Part shown: positions 28,365-41,696 of the stretch, in pieces
How positions within the stretch are numbered: the first letter of the stretch is position 1
How the letters are laid out: the number at the start of each line of letters is the position of its first letter
Source: Octopus vulgaris
Lineage: Eukaryota
Length of the DNA: 64,000 bases
Assembly (NCBI GenBank): GCA_951406725.2
Contig: OX597828.1
Location: 67,580,001-67,644,000 of the forward strand
Direction: 5' to 3'
Program-made: the position numbers and the translations under genes
Notes under the pieces: model-generated
What the model saw: the letters and a program-made list of their open reading frames with translations, nothing else
Database searches by the model: none
What the model was told of the DNA's origin: nothing

Positions 28365-28700
28365 ATGTATATACATGCATATATATATGGGGAATTCACA
28401 AAAAAAAGACAGGTGGTGCAGACAACAAACTGTGTATTAGTTTAACGCTCTTCAACAGGAAGGATCACAGAAAGAAACAAGGAGAGAAAATAAAGAACGT
28501 GTAGTGGCTAGCGATCTGTCATGGCGAATGCCAGACATAAGGGTCACACAGGAGAGCTAGGAAGAAGGGGAGATAATAAGGTAGTGGTGATCCCAAAACG
28601 AAGGTGCGCGTGCGTGTATATAAGAAAGCAGGCATGTGCGTGTGGAACAGGGCTGATGACCTTGACGTGTGTGTGTGTATATGTGTAGGTGTTTGGATGA
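28103..28700 (-). mobile_element. Two tandem PLE terminal repeats separated by (TA)n; hammerhead at 28201-28236, second copy has the ribozyme 3' half deleted
   Basis: Shared tgtattagt..cgctc and ggagagaaaa..gctagcgat..atggcg blocks; first copy core CTGTTGA. Confidence 0.7.
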
Positions 28701-28943
28701 TGGTGTGAGCTGAGAAGTAGTCAGCGCTAGTGTGTGCGTGCTGGTGTGATGTGAAGTGGTGTTGCGTGGTATGGTGGTGTATGGTGTGTGGTGTGGGTGG
28801 TGGTGTGTGGTGTGGGTGGTGGTGTGTGGTGTGTGGTGTGGGTGGTGGTGTGTGGTGTGGTAGGGGTGTGTGGTGTGGGTGGTGGTGTTATACATACATA
28901 TATATATGTATGTATATGTATATATATGTATATGTATGTAATA

Positions 28944-28992
<49 letters not shown>

Positions 28993-29023
28993 ATTAGTTT
29001 GACGCGTGGGAAAATGAAAAAGT

Positions 29024-29059
29024 ATTTTACGTTTCGAGCCTACGCACTTCAGCAGAAAG
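29024..29059 (-). ncRNA. Minimal hammerhead motif, same family with C at position 6
   Basis: Reverse complement: cttt-CTGCTGA-a-GTGC-gtag-GCTC-GAAA-CGTA-aaat. Confidence 0.5.
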
Positions 29060-29422
29060 AAGTAAGAGAAAATAAACAGAGAGAGAAAAACATGCAGTTT
29101 GAGCTACATTGCCATTGTGTCTTTGTGTTTGTAAAGGAGGGGTGTATGACAGCCCAATCACCACATTAAACACTTCGTCTAAACCAGAAATCGACCCAAA
29201 CACGTTTCAAATTGAATAGACGAACACCACCCACACCGCCAATATCAATCATCTTCCTCATCAGTGTCAGCAATCGAGCAAGGTTAACGAGGGAGCACCA
29301 TCAAAGCATGGTAGCAGTTCTCCCTATAAGTATATCTCACACTTCACAGTTTTCAAAAACGGACACATTGACTCATGTAGTCCAGGGTACACAATGCCTG
29401 CAAAAAAGAGATAGTCATTAAA

Positions 29423-29608
29423 CATAGGCTTGCTTGATAAAGACTGGCCTAGGGCTAAACAACCCTTTGATCATAGGTTTGCTTGATCATGACTAACCTG
29501 CGGATAAGCAATCCTTCGAACAAACATTTGCTTGATCAGGAGTGACCTGGGGCTAAGCAACATCTTGATCATATGTTTACTTGATTAGAACTGCCGAGGG
29601 TTAAACAA
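29423..29608 (+). repeat. Four diverged 49-bp tandem units derived from the tail of an old SINE
   Basis: Units start at 29423, 29472, 29521 and 29570 (cataggtttgcttgatca...ggctaaacaa). Confidence 0.75.
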
Positions 29609-30091
29609 AATTTCCATCCATTGCACCGGTTCTGTTTCCTTCCTAAACATGATTTGTGCCCAATGGAAACAAATCCATACCATATATGGAATCAAAAGTG
29701 TTTTTACAAATCAAATCTAATTTATGACTGTAGTTCCAAAATGGAGAATTGTATATTTCTGGTTTATCAACAAGAAAAGTGGATTTTTCTTTGATTCTCT
29801 TTCTTAAAGTACATTCAATAATCTTATTAAAACTTTTATAAAATCTGGTGCAACAAACAATCAATGCTATTGTTCTGCAGAACAACAACTGAGGAAACTT
29901 AACTTGCCGCATTCAAGCACTACCTACGAAATATTTTACTATTCATTTGATCTTCAGGCAAATTTGTAGAAAAATAATATTATTATGGTTGTTGTTGTTG
30001 TTGTTGCTTTGTCGATATTAATTTGGATATCATCATCATCATCATCATCACCACCATTATTATCATTATTATTATTATTATTATTATTATA

Positions 30092-30173
<82 letters not shown>

Positions 30174-30305
30174 TATGTTTGACTTTTGCTTTACATTTGC
30201 ACAAGCTGGCTCCAAGTCTCACCCAGAGACCTCAAGAGACAACAAGTTGGAAGTTCATGTTGGTGTTATGCCTAGGGTGCCATATATTTGGTATTGTACT
30301 TAGTG

Positions 30306-30308
<3 letters not shown>
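30174..30308 (-). mobile_element. Short LINE 3'UTR fragment within (TAA)n
   Basis: Complex 135-bp insert flanked by (TTA)n on both sides. Confidence 0.45.
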
Positions 30309-30373
<65 letters not shown>

Positions 30374-30398
30374 CATTATTATTATTATTATTATTATT

Positions 30399-31335
30399 CA
30401 GTAGTTTTATTTTTATACCGTGCTTTCACTTCACTACCGAGCGCAGCTCTGTGTGCCTTGGGTATGTGCTGTGATTTGTTGTAATGCTCTGATGGTTACT
30501 GTATTGAAAGTGTTCTGAGTAGGATGTGTGCAGTGCCTAGTAGTGCAACTTTCTGTATGTTATATGTGTTTGTAAGTCCTGGTGTTTTTGTTATGTATTT
30601 GTCTGAATTTTTTTTATCATACCTAATGCGCCTGCTATGATAGGAATTGTTTCTGTTTTTAGATTCCATACTCGAGTTACCTCTATTTTCAGGTCCTTGT
30701 ATTTTGAAAGTTTCTCCATTTCTTTTAGACACACGTTGTCATCTGCTGGTATTGATACATCAATTAGAAAGCTTTTTTCTTCATTATCTCTGACAACTAA
30801 TTTCTCTATCTGTGTGTATTGGCATATCCCAGAGTATGGTTGCTTTCTCGTTTTCTGTGATCTTTTCTGGCGTGTGCCTATACCATCTTTTTTCTGTTGT
30901 TATTCCATAGTGCTGGCATAGCTTCTAGTGTATGTAGGTTCCCAACTCTGTGGTTTCTGTGAATATATTCCTTCTTAGCCAGGACTGGGCAGCCAGAGAT
31001 AATATGATTTATTGTTTCTTGTCCATCTCCACATATTCTGCTGTTACTAGTTATGTTTCTTTTCATTATATGTCTTTGGTAATTTCTGGTGGGGAGGCTT
31101 TGGTCTTGTGCTGCAATTAAAAATCCCTCTGTCTCTGCTTTGAGTCCTGAGCTTCTCAACCATTGCTGGAATTTTTCTCCGTCTATTTCTTTTGCGTTTA
31201 GTTTAGTCCAGTATTTGCCATGAAAGGGCTTTTCTTGCCATCGTTTTATCATGGTTCGTTGCTGTTCTAGTTTCAGCTTGGACTTCACTTGTTTTATAGC
31301 TTTTGTTGTTTCTTCTTCATTTTCTTCAAAGAAAA
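30399..31335 (-). mobile_element. 5'-truncated R4/Dong-type non-LTR retrotransposon (zinc knuckle plus restriction-like endonuclease), decayed
   Basis: WLRSSGLKAETEGFLIAAQDQSLPTRNY...SRICGDGQETINHIISGCPVLAKKEYIHR, then WDMPIHTDREI, LIDVSIP and IQKVALLGTAHILLRTLS; 3' end joins (TAA)n. Confidence 0.9.
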
Positions 31336-31427
31336 CTCCGAACGACCCGTCCTTGTTTTCTTTGTATCGTCTATGTGGATGTTTTGCGTTCTTGTCCCAT
31401 TTTGTGTGTGTGTGCATATATATATGA

Positions 31428-31843
31428 GTGGCTGTGTGGTAAGTAGCTTGCATACCAGCCACATGCTTCTGAGTTCAGTCCCACTGCGTGGCACCTTGGG
31501 CAAGTGTCTTCTACTATAACTTCGGGCCGACCAAAGCCTTGTGAGTGGATTTTGTAGACGGAAACTGAAAGAAGACCGTCGTATAAGTGTATATATATAT
31601 ATATATATATATGTATATGTATGTGTGTATGTGTTTGTGTGTCTGTGTTTGTCCCCCCAACATCGCTTGACAACCGAGGCTCGTGTGTTTACGTCCCCGT
31701 AACTTAGCGGTTCGGCAAAAGAGACCGATAGAATAAGTACTCGGCTTACAAAGAATAAGTCCTGGAGTCGATTTGCTCGACTAAAGGCGGTGCTCCAGCA
31801 TGGCCACGGTAAAATTACTAAAACAAGTAAAAGAGTAAAAGAG

Positions 31844-31845
<2 letters not shown>
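31428..31845 (+). mobile_element. SINE family B
   Basis: Near full-length match to other copies; gtaaaagagtaaaagagta tail. Confidence 0.9.
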
Positions 31846-31896
<51 letters not shown>

Positions 31897-33031
31897 GTAC
31901 GTGTGTATGTGTGTGCCTGCTTGTATGTATGTACGTATAGGCAACACACACACTCGTACATGCAGACACGGAATAAATTCAAAGAAAATATAAAGTGCAT
32001 TCATAACACACACACACACAAACACATTATGCCATTCCATACCACCATATTCTACATGTGTACACTGAAGTACCCAATTCCTTTATATGTCTTAATGTTC
32101 TATATTGATAAACTGACGGGTTATCGGGTGGCTGAGTGTAGCAGTAATCGGGTGGGAGTTGGGCTGGTCGTGTCAACCGTATATTTTATCAAATTGTTGT
32201 TGTTATCGTAAATTGCGAGTGTTATCACCATCAAACTAAGAGCACTTGTTTTACATGTAATGTAGTTTCAAGAAGCTGTACTATTCGACTTTTCCATGTT
32301 TTCCTTGAAAAGGAAGTTGAGCGTGGCTAGTAGGAAGGGCTGTACCGACCTTGTGCCAAAATTTGAAATCAATATTGGCAGAATCGCTACCGTGCCGGAT
32401 CAAATAGGTTGCGGCATTTCTTCCGGCTTTACATTCTGAATTCAAATGCCACCGATGTCGATTTTATCTTTCATCTTTTCGGATTTGATAAAAATAAGTA
32501 CCAGTTGCGCAATGGGGTGGATGTCACTGACTATCCTCCTACTCACCAAGTTCAGTTTTGGTGCCTATGGTAGACAGAATATTTGTTAGTCTCAAGTGTG
32601 ATTTTTACGAAAGGCGGATGAGAGTGGACGGAGCTGCTCTAAGCTTACGCCTGTATGTCGGAGAGTCACTGTTGGATGAGAACACATGCCCTTTGTGTTG
32701 GATATGTGTGGGTCTCAGAGTGGCCACAGATGGAGGGCCTGTTGTATCACGGGAGCCGCTTTATCCTCATCATTTTTGAATACTATGCTTGCTTGTCTTT
32801 CATTTTTCGATGGTAAATGTAAATCCCCAAATATTTGACATAACATTATGGTTGTCTCTCATCCATCGCTCAGGAGACAAATAAAAGAAGCCACATCACC
32901 ATCATCATCATCATCATCATTAAATTTCCTGTTCAACAAACACTCGATGTAAAAGAATGTATTTATATTCGTTCCATATGGAGATTAATTACGTCGTTAC
33001 TTAGAATTTCCCTCCCCACACTCTTTGTGTA

Positions 33032-33116
<85 letters not shown>

Positions 33117-34559
33117 GCACACACGCATGTACTGAGATTTGAACAGGCAAGACGAACTATAGTATATTAAATGCCATACAAAATATATTTTTTTCTTATC
33201 GAAACTATCTTCTCGAAGCGAAGATGCTTTATCTGAGATCGATCCCAACTGGGTTGTCATCCTTGCCATTTTTCCAGAATCATTTATTTAGGAATTAATT
33301 TTCATCATTAATGATAGAAAAATTAATTAAAATATCTTGCCTTAACTACATCAAATATGTCAACGTCCACTTTACTATTCAAAGTTAAAATCTTTTGTTA
33401 TATGTTGCCTGTCTTACATTGGATTCGGGTTTCGTATTTGTATAAAGATATATTCTAACGGATCTCTACATGTTGATTTCCCACATGTAAACTTTCAAGA
33501 TTTCTTATATAGTTTTCCTACATGATGATTTCCTGGATTTCCTACGTGTCGATATCCTAATAGTAGACTTCTTACATTTGGACTTCCTACATGTTAATTG
33601 CTTTTTTTAATAGTGAGGGACAACTTTTCAGTTGTTACCTGTTATTTCCTTCGAGTGTTCTCATCTGAAAAATATTTCCATCAGTGTGTATGGATGGATG
33701 GCCTCTTTTGCAGTCGCATATAAAAACTCGTACATGTTTTGCCATTTTAAGATGTTATAATGTTGGCAGCTTTTACGTTAACAAGTTGTTGTTGTTGCTG
33801 TTGTTGTTGTCGTTGTTGTTGTTGCTGTTTTTTTTTGTTGTTGTTGTTTATCTCAGACCATCTCTGAAAAACCAGGCTATTGACCTAAGTCATGCTACTA
33901 GCTGTGACCAGCATGTCCATCTTGGAGCCCCAGCGTGCGATTACACTACCTAACGTAACACTTCCTCTACGGTTGTAGTTTCAAGGAGATTTGACTGTTA
34001 TCTCCAGCAAGCTGAAATATCGCGTAGAATCTTCCATATCAGTATGTATAAATACATTACTAACGTTTCATTGGTTAATGATGGCTACGAGATTTCTGCT
34101 CAGAGTGTCTGCTTATTGAGTGTCTTTTTGTAGTGTTTCTTCACAGCATTTCTTTATAGAGTCTTTGTCCTCGGTTATTACAAGCGTTGATTACACTTTA
34201 TCATCATAAAACATATTTAGGAGAAGTTGACCTTGGAGTCCAATAAAATATGTGGGTGGTGTTTCTGCGACTAATATATTAACTCTTGACTTTTAATAGT
34301 CTGAAGTCTTTAATATTTATTATACCTAACAAAACAACTACTTCATCCCAAGATCTGATACAAAGTACGTTTTGTTTAATTACTCTCCTTAAATTTTTTT
34401 CATTAGTTTTATAATGAGTAGCCATTTTATTTTTATAATTAGACTGTGTCTCTCCTTGTTGCTTTGTGTGGGTGGGTGAAGGTAGGCATTGAATTACTAG
34501 CGCCTACTTGTTAGATCGTGAATCTATTATCGACTGCGCGTAAGCAGTTTCTGGTATAA

Positions 34560-34566
34560 AGTAGTG

Positions 34567-34652
<86 letters not shown>

Positions 34653-34676
34653 TGTTGTTGTTGTTGTTGTTGTTGT
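34560..34676. repeat. (TAG)n/(TTG)n microsatellite
   Basis: Direct reading. Confidence 0.95.
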
Positions 34677-34711
34677 GGATTCAATCATCAGGTTAGCGAT
34701 TTATTGACAGT

Positions 34712-34984
34712 TGTTTGCAAGATTCTTTATATGAGTTCGTGTGTTGAAGCATATTCTGTTGTATCTGGGGAGAGTCATTTTCTTTTTGTGCCTTATAATT
34801 TAACACACCCACCGGTAAAATTTCCACTTATAACCTTTTCAATAGTCTAATAGACTATTGAAAAGGTTGCAAGACGCAACGAATATTTTAGGAAAATAAA
34901 AATAAGTGGAAATTTTACCGGTGAGTTGTGTTAAATTATAAGGCACAAAAAGAAAATGACTCTCTCCAGACACAACAGAATATA
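34712..34984. mobile_element. Inverted pair of PLE terminal repeats with a nested small palindrome
   Basis: Arms of about 80 bp at 34751-34831 and 34902-34983; the same sequence occurs un-inverted at 45860-46036. Confidence 0.8.
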
Positions 34985-35074
34985 GATATTCTTTTTTCTC
35001 TATTCTACTTTCATCTTTCCATCTTTTCCTCGCTACCTCACAGACTCAGTGTTCTGCATTGTTATAATCAGAAA

Positions 35075-35184
35075 TGGCTCCGATGAAAGTAGCACTCTTT
35101 GAGGTCGTTCAATTTTTCAATAGACCAACTGAGTAAACCTATCGGTAATGTACCTGTAATGATTACTGAAACAGCTGTAAGCCA
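35075..35184 (+). ncRNA. Type I hammerhead with long stem II insertion (U4C in this copy)
   Basis: tggct-CCGATGA-a-AGTAG...(about 70 nt)...TTACT-GAAA-CAGCTG-TA-agcca. Confidence 0.65.
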
Positions 35185-35257
35185 AATTTGCTCAATTAAA
35201 GGAAAAATATGTAATAACCATTATTTTTAACTTGTTTAATAGAAATATAGATAGATA

Positions 35258-35594
35258 TGTTTCTTTATTAGCCACACAGGGCTGCACATAGACGGGACAT
35301 ATTACAAAGTAGAGCTTTTCTTTTTGGGGAGAGAAAAAAAAGTGAGGTAGGTTTTCGATCAAAAGGGATCGTAAAAGGGAAAGAAGAAAAAAAAAGGAAA
35401 GAAAAAAAGAAAAAAAGGGAGAAAAAACGACCAATAGGGATCGTGTATCACAGAAATGTCATGATGTAAAGTGTAAAGGGGGGAGCAGATAAGGTTTATC
35501 CTTGGAAAGAAAAGCCTACGGAAAAGACCACGGTTACCTCGGTCAATAATGTTACATGTTACCACATTTGTTTGCAAGTAGGTAACCCTCTGTT
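35258..35594 (-). mobile_element. Retroelement 3'UTR-like insert within a (GATA)n tract
   Basis: AATAAA-gaaac end on the minus strand; absent from the paralogous segment at 37325-37668. Confidence 0.55.
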
Positions 35595-35628
35595 AGATAG
35601 ATAGATAGATAGATAGATATATATATAT

Positions 35629-35691
<63 letters not shown>

Positions 35692-36222
35692 TGTTAGTAC
35701 TGCCGCTTCCGTTTGTTCTGTATTGGTGTGATGTATTTATTAACGTAAACTGAAACATTTGATATCTCAAGCTACTTTATTGCAGCTAGTTATGTCATTC
35801 GACAATGTTAACAGTCCGAGGTATTGAAACACTTAATTTATATAAATAGATTTTGAGTCACACAACTGGACCAACTGACTGTCACGAAATCTGTATTCTG
35901 TGGTTTATGTCTAGTGCTTTTTTTTTCTTCTTTTTTTATCCATTAACAATTAGTCTCCAAGTGCAGGATTCAAATGTCTTATTGTACGCATGATTCGCTG
36001 ACAAAACATCAAAATGGGTTTCATATAACTCATACAAACTGTTGTTGGTGTGGTTGTGGTTTAACCCTGGCTCAATACTGATTCAACAGCTCTCTGATCA
36101 GAGGCAATCTCGCCTTGAATATTCTGTTTAATTAATTGTCTGTATATGTGTACCCGGATATACTAAAAATATGCATTTTTAAAACTGTAAGGTGGGACTT
36201 GGCCACTATTTCTTGGACATCG

Positions 36223-36308
36223 AATGGGACTACATATATATATAAATGGGACTACATATATATATAAATGGGACTATATATATATAAATGGGACTATATA
36301 TATATAAA
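36223..36308. repeat. Four 20-22 bp tandem units aatgggacta(c/t)atatatata
   Basis: Units start at 36223, 36245, 36267 and 36287. Confidence 0.9.
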
Positions 36309-36310
36309 AA

Positions 36311-36679
36311 CTAGCACTATGACGCGGCAACGCCGGGTCATAGTTATAGTGCATGCATATACAGCTGCGTGCGTGCGCACATATACGCGAGTACTGTCCA
36401 AATCTCCGACCAATCACATACAGCTAGCTGGCATTCAATTGGCCTATCAAGTTTCGGGCATTTTGATTGGGTTTTGGATAGAAAATTCACAAAAAAGTCA
36501 CTTCTATTGATTTTTTTAATGGCTTTGCTGGGTGACTGGGGAAATGTAAAGATGTGCACGACCACCCTTGGACGGTTTTGAATGACCATAGAAAGTGCGA
36601 GCCCTCTAACTGAAAAATTGTGGATTTGTATAAAGGACACACGGACAGACAGATATTTTGCCGTTTATATACAGAGAGA
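36311..36679 (-). mobile_element. Non-autonomous Helitron
   Basis: Minus strand: A|TC 5' end; 3' hairpin ctatgacccggc-gtt-gccgcgtcatag followed by tgCTAG|T; no TSD. Confidence 0.85.
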
Positions 36680-37152
36680 TAACGCGAGGCAGGAATAATG
36701 CAAACTATTTAAGTGCACAAAATACTGTTATAGTTACAGTTCCTTTATTTCCTGTATTGCTTACTCTGAGTGTTTGTTTGTTTGTGTGTAATCTGGATGA
36801 AGGCCACGAATGGCAATGCAGTGCTGATGATCCACATTGAGTTAGAAACATGAAATTATCGCAGTCTTTTCCTTCAAAAAAAATAAACATCTTATCTCGT
36901 GCGAAATAAGAAATTCGTTGAGATTATCACCTCTTCTCATTCGGAGTCTGTAGCGATCGCCTCAGAAATGAATTAGGAAATAATGCATCAAAGAATACCA
37001 CCGTACGATGTAAATTCTTGATTTATTAAGGAAAACATCTTCGCTTTTGAGAAAATAGTTTCGATAAGAAAAAAATATTATTTTGTATGGTATTTCATAT
37101 GCTATAGTTCGTCTTGCCTGTTCAAATCTCCGTACATGTGTGTGTGTGTGTT

Positions 37153-37245
<93 letters not shown>

Positions 37246-37455
37246 ATACAGAGAGTGTGGGGAGCGAAACTCTGAGTAACGACGTAATTAATTTCCATAT
37301 GGAACGAATATAAATAAATTCTATTCAATAGACCAGCTGAGTAAACCTATCGGTAATGTACCTGTAATGATTACTGAAACAGCTGTAAGCCAAATTTGCT
37401 CCAATAAAGAAAAAATATGTAATGACCATGATTTTTTAACTTGTTTAATAGAAAT

Positions 37456-37610
<155 letters not shown>

Positions 37611-37668
37611 TGTTTGTACTGTCGTTTCGGTTTATTTCTGTATTGATGTGATGTATTTATTAACGTAA

Positions 37669-37728
<60 letters not shown>

Positions 37729-38349
37729 GTGTGTGTGTTTACACAAAGAGTGTGGGGAGCGAAACTCTGAGTTACGACGTAATTAATCTCCATATAGAAC
37801 GAATATAAATACATTCTATTACATGGAGTGTTTCTACTCCTGTTTGTTGAGCAACGAAGCAACAGGAGAAGACCCGCTTCTCTTATCTGGCATCTTATCA
37901 ACTCGGCTGTTTTCAGCTGGCAAACGAGGACGCTGCTTAGCTTCAATACAGAAAGAACAAGAAAAATAGGACTATTTCTCTTTTTGTTTTTTTTTTTCTT
38001 GCACAAGATTTCTGTTGAATCCCAGAGGTAAACCAACCCCCTCTTCTGCCATTTATTATTTCTCTCTCTCTCTCTCCCTCTCCCTTTGTCCCTCTCTATC
38101 CCCCCCCTCTCTCTCTCTCTCTCTCTCTCACCCCTACGCTCTCGCCTCACGTTCTCTCGTTTAGTAAACACTGAGGAATTTGTCTGCCATATTAGATGTA
38201 GTGAGCGAAGAGCTTTCATAAACTATTAAACAGACGTCACAATGTGTCAAGGTCAGCACTAACAGAGAAACACACAAACACACACGTAGTACGTACGCAT
38301 GTGTGTATATATGTGTGTGCGTGTGTGTGTGTCGATTTGCATGGGAATA

Positions 38350-38397
<48 letters not shown>

Positions 38398-38448
38398 CAT
38401 ACACGCACACACATATATATATATATATATGTCTGTATGTATGTATAT

Positions 38449-38542
<94 letters not shown>

Positions 38543-39195
38543 ATATGTATGTATGTATTTATGTATGTATGTATATCCGCAATGCATATGCATATATAAT
38601 GATATAGATATGTGTGTGTTTATATATGTGTATAGATGTGTGTGTTTGTGCGCGTGCGCGCGCGCGTGTGTGTGTGTGTATGTATGTGTGTGTGTGTACG
38701 TGCCTGAATGTCTGTGTGTATATGATTGTAAACTCTGTAAGACGATCACCGGCAGTTGTGACATTGAAACGCTTTCTATCTTTTTACTTTCTCTCACTTT
38801 CATTTGTTTCTCTGCCACACGCACGTACACACACACACACACATGCCCACACACACACACCAACACATGCACACACACACACACGCACGCACACATGCAC
38901 ACACACACGCACGCACACATGCACACACATGCCCACACACACACACCAACACATGCACACACACACACACCAACACATGCACACACACACACGCACGCAC
39001 ACATGCACACACACACACACGCACGCACACATGCACACACATACATACGAACACCGCCATTTACAGATACAGACGACTTGCATTCTTGTAGTCACAACAT
39101 TCTACGCAACTTGTTCATTCACTCATTCACTCTCGTAAACATGAGTATTCCCATAGACAGTCACCCACACAGCGTAGACAGAGGGTTGTTGACTT

Positions 39196-39239
<44 letters not shown>

Positions 39240-40599
39240 TCACTCACTCACTCACTCACACACGCATATATATATATGTTACCTTTGTTTCTTTTTGTCT
39301 TGTTTTTTTGCAAGAAACTTAATGTAAAACCGTGTGTTGAAACCGATGCAGTTATACTTTGAGATGGTTCATTCTGCCACTGAACACATTCGCTGATTGT
39401 ACCCCGCTTCATGTATATCATTAACTAATCAATTAATTAGTTATTGATTAGGAATCTAGTTCGCAAAATATGCATCTTTTAAAAGGAAGTAAAAAATCTG
39501 AAAATCGGCTTTAATAATGTAGCCTTCCGGTTTCATTGCTTTGAAGGTATGATGTTGTGGAGAAAAAAATTGGAGAAATAGATTACAGAGGTTTAAAAAT
39601 AAAAAAAAAGTGGGTACTTTTAGTCAATAACGAAACAGGAATTTTCTGCGTTTCGCGGAGTGGTGTCAACTTTAAGGTTGTACCCTGTGAAATTTATAGT
39701 TTATAGTTTGACCTGTTTGTTGTAGATTTCTAAATAAACGGAAATAACTGATAAAATCAACATGAATCATCCTACTGTTTCTTTTGTCTCTTCATTGATT
39801 GTGCTATTACCATTTTTTAAAAATTTGGTGTATTTATATATTATGTGCATCATTAATATATAAGTGCATGTGTGTGTGTGTGTCTCAAAAAATTCAAAGT
39901 TGAGTAACGTTTTCATGCTTGAATTTGTAAACTACGATAAGAATAACACCGGTCAACAAAGAATTTGTCCCAAGGAAAAGAATTCCTGTATCTTATATCT
40001 TTTTGCATGCAGAATTCAAAAATAATGTTAAATTATCTGTATCACCACAGTTTCTCTGTTCCACGATATCCCTTTCAATTCCTGTTACGTGTGCTAAATT
40101 TCAGTTAAGCTATTGAACTGTGGAACTAACGGCTTAAGAAATACTCCTAGTTTAAATTTTTATGAATAGAATTAACCTAGTGACATCATAATTCCAGCTA
40201 TCTGAGTCAATGAGTCCCAAAAATATATGAAATGAAAAATATGTAAAAATACTAACACAGAAAAATACTAACGCCCAGAAGCACAGAAAAATATGTAATA
40301 TACTAACACACGTAGACAACAGCAGCACAGACAACAGTGAAGCACAACACAGTGTGCGATTGTCATAGTAACAAGCTGCTAATGCCACGCTGTCTGTTGA
40401 TTGGCTAAAATTACCCGAATTTCCCAACTTTAATTCCAAATAACATCAGATTTTTTTAATATACGAGATAAAGTAATTGGTTGATCAATACACCAAAATT
40501 GAAAGCAATCTGAGCAAAATTAAGCGGGGTTCATTCTGCGAACGAGAAAGACAAGATCGTTGATTTGTCCCTTTCAGGGATTTCAATGATTTCCCATTC

Positions 40600-40992
40600 T
40601 CTTTTACTCTTTCACTCTTTTACTTGTTTCAGTCATTTGATTGTGGCCATGCTGGAGCACCACCTTTAGTCGAGCTAATCGACCCAGGACTTATTCTTTG
40701 TACTTATTCTATCGGTCTCTTTTGCCGAACCGCTATGTTAAGGGAACATAACCACACACCAGCATCGGTTTCAAGCGATGTTGAGGGGACAAACAGACAC
40801 ACATATGCACACACATATACATATATACGACGGGCTTCTTTCAGTTTCCGTCTACCAAATCCACTCACAAGGCTTTGATCAGCCCGAGACTATAGTAGAA
40901 GACACTTGCCCAAGGTGCCACGCAGTGGGACTGAACCCAGAACTATGTGATTCGTAAACAAGCTACTTACCACACAGCCACTCTTACGCCTA
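40600..40992 (-). mobile_element. SINE family B
   Basis: Reverse complement match to the family. Confidence 0.9.
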
Positions 40993-41214
40993 TTCTGTAA
41001 CTGATTTTATAATCGTTATTTTTGTCTTTATTTTCTCAAACATCAATATCTGCCGCCATGTCTCTGTTTTTTCATTGCGTCCATTTCGTTTCATTTCATC
41101 TATTTTATTATCATTTGCATTTTGTTTCAGCTCACATGTGGGCGCGTCTAGTTTATAAGTTGTGTTTGAATGTAAGCGTAGTTTATTGATCGTTTGTGTA
41201 TTGTTTTATTCTTT

Positions 41215-41550
41215 TATCACTTTAATTGCTTCAGTCATTTGACTGCGGCCACTCGGAACTTATTCTTTGTAAGCCTAATAATTATTCTATCGTTCGCTTT
41301 TGCTGAACCACTAAGTTAAACACGTCAGCATCGGTTGTCAAGCGATGGTGGGGAGACAGACACAAGGACACACACGCATCACATATATGACGGGCTTCTT
41401 TCAGTTTCCATCTACCAAATCCACTCGCCAGGCTTTGGTCAGCCCGAGGCTATAGCAGAAGACATTTGCCCAAGGTGTCACGCAGTGGGACTGAACCCAG
41501 AGCCATGTGGTTGAGAAGCAAGCTTCTCTACACACAGCCACACCTGCGCT
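41215..41550 (-). mobile_element. SINE family B, diverged
   Basis: Reverse complement match to the family. Confidence 0.85.
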
Positions 41551-41696
41551 TCTGTGTGTGTTTGTGTGCAGATATGTGGTTTGTGCACGTGCAGGTGTGC
41601 GTTGTGGTGGTTGTCTATAGTGAATAATAATCCTACATTGTCATCGTTCTTGAGTTACTGTGATAGCATCCGTGGTTGTTACGGTTACTCCACTCA

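Noticed and set aside
29200-29266. CUGAUGA...GAAACGUG on the minus strand
   Set aside because: No stem I or II pairing and a GUG triplet
29423-29608. CRISPR-like regularly spaced repeats
   Set aside because: Whole units are homologous with no unique spacers; eukaryotic SINE-tail tandem
36824-36856. ctgatga...gaaacatg
   Set aside because: Stem II does not pair and there is no valid triplet or stem I
39456-40546. 1.1-kb element with short TIR-like ends gttcgca(a/g)aat
   Set aside because: Short imperfect match and no TSD found
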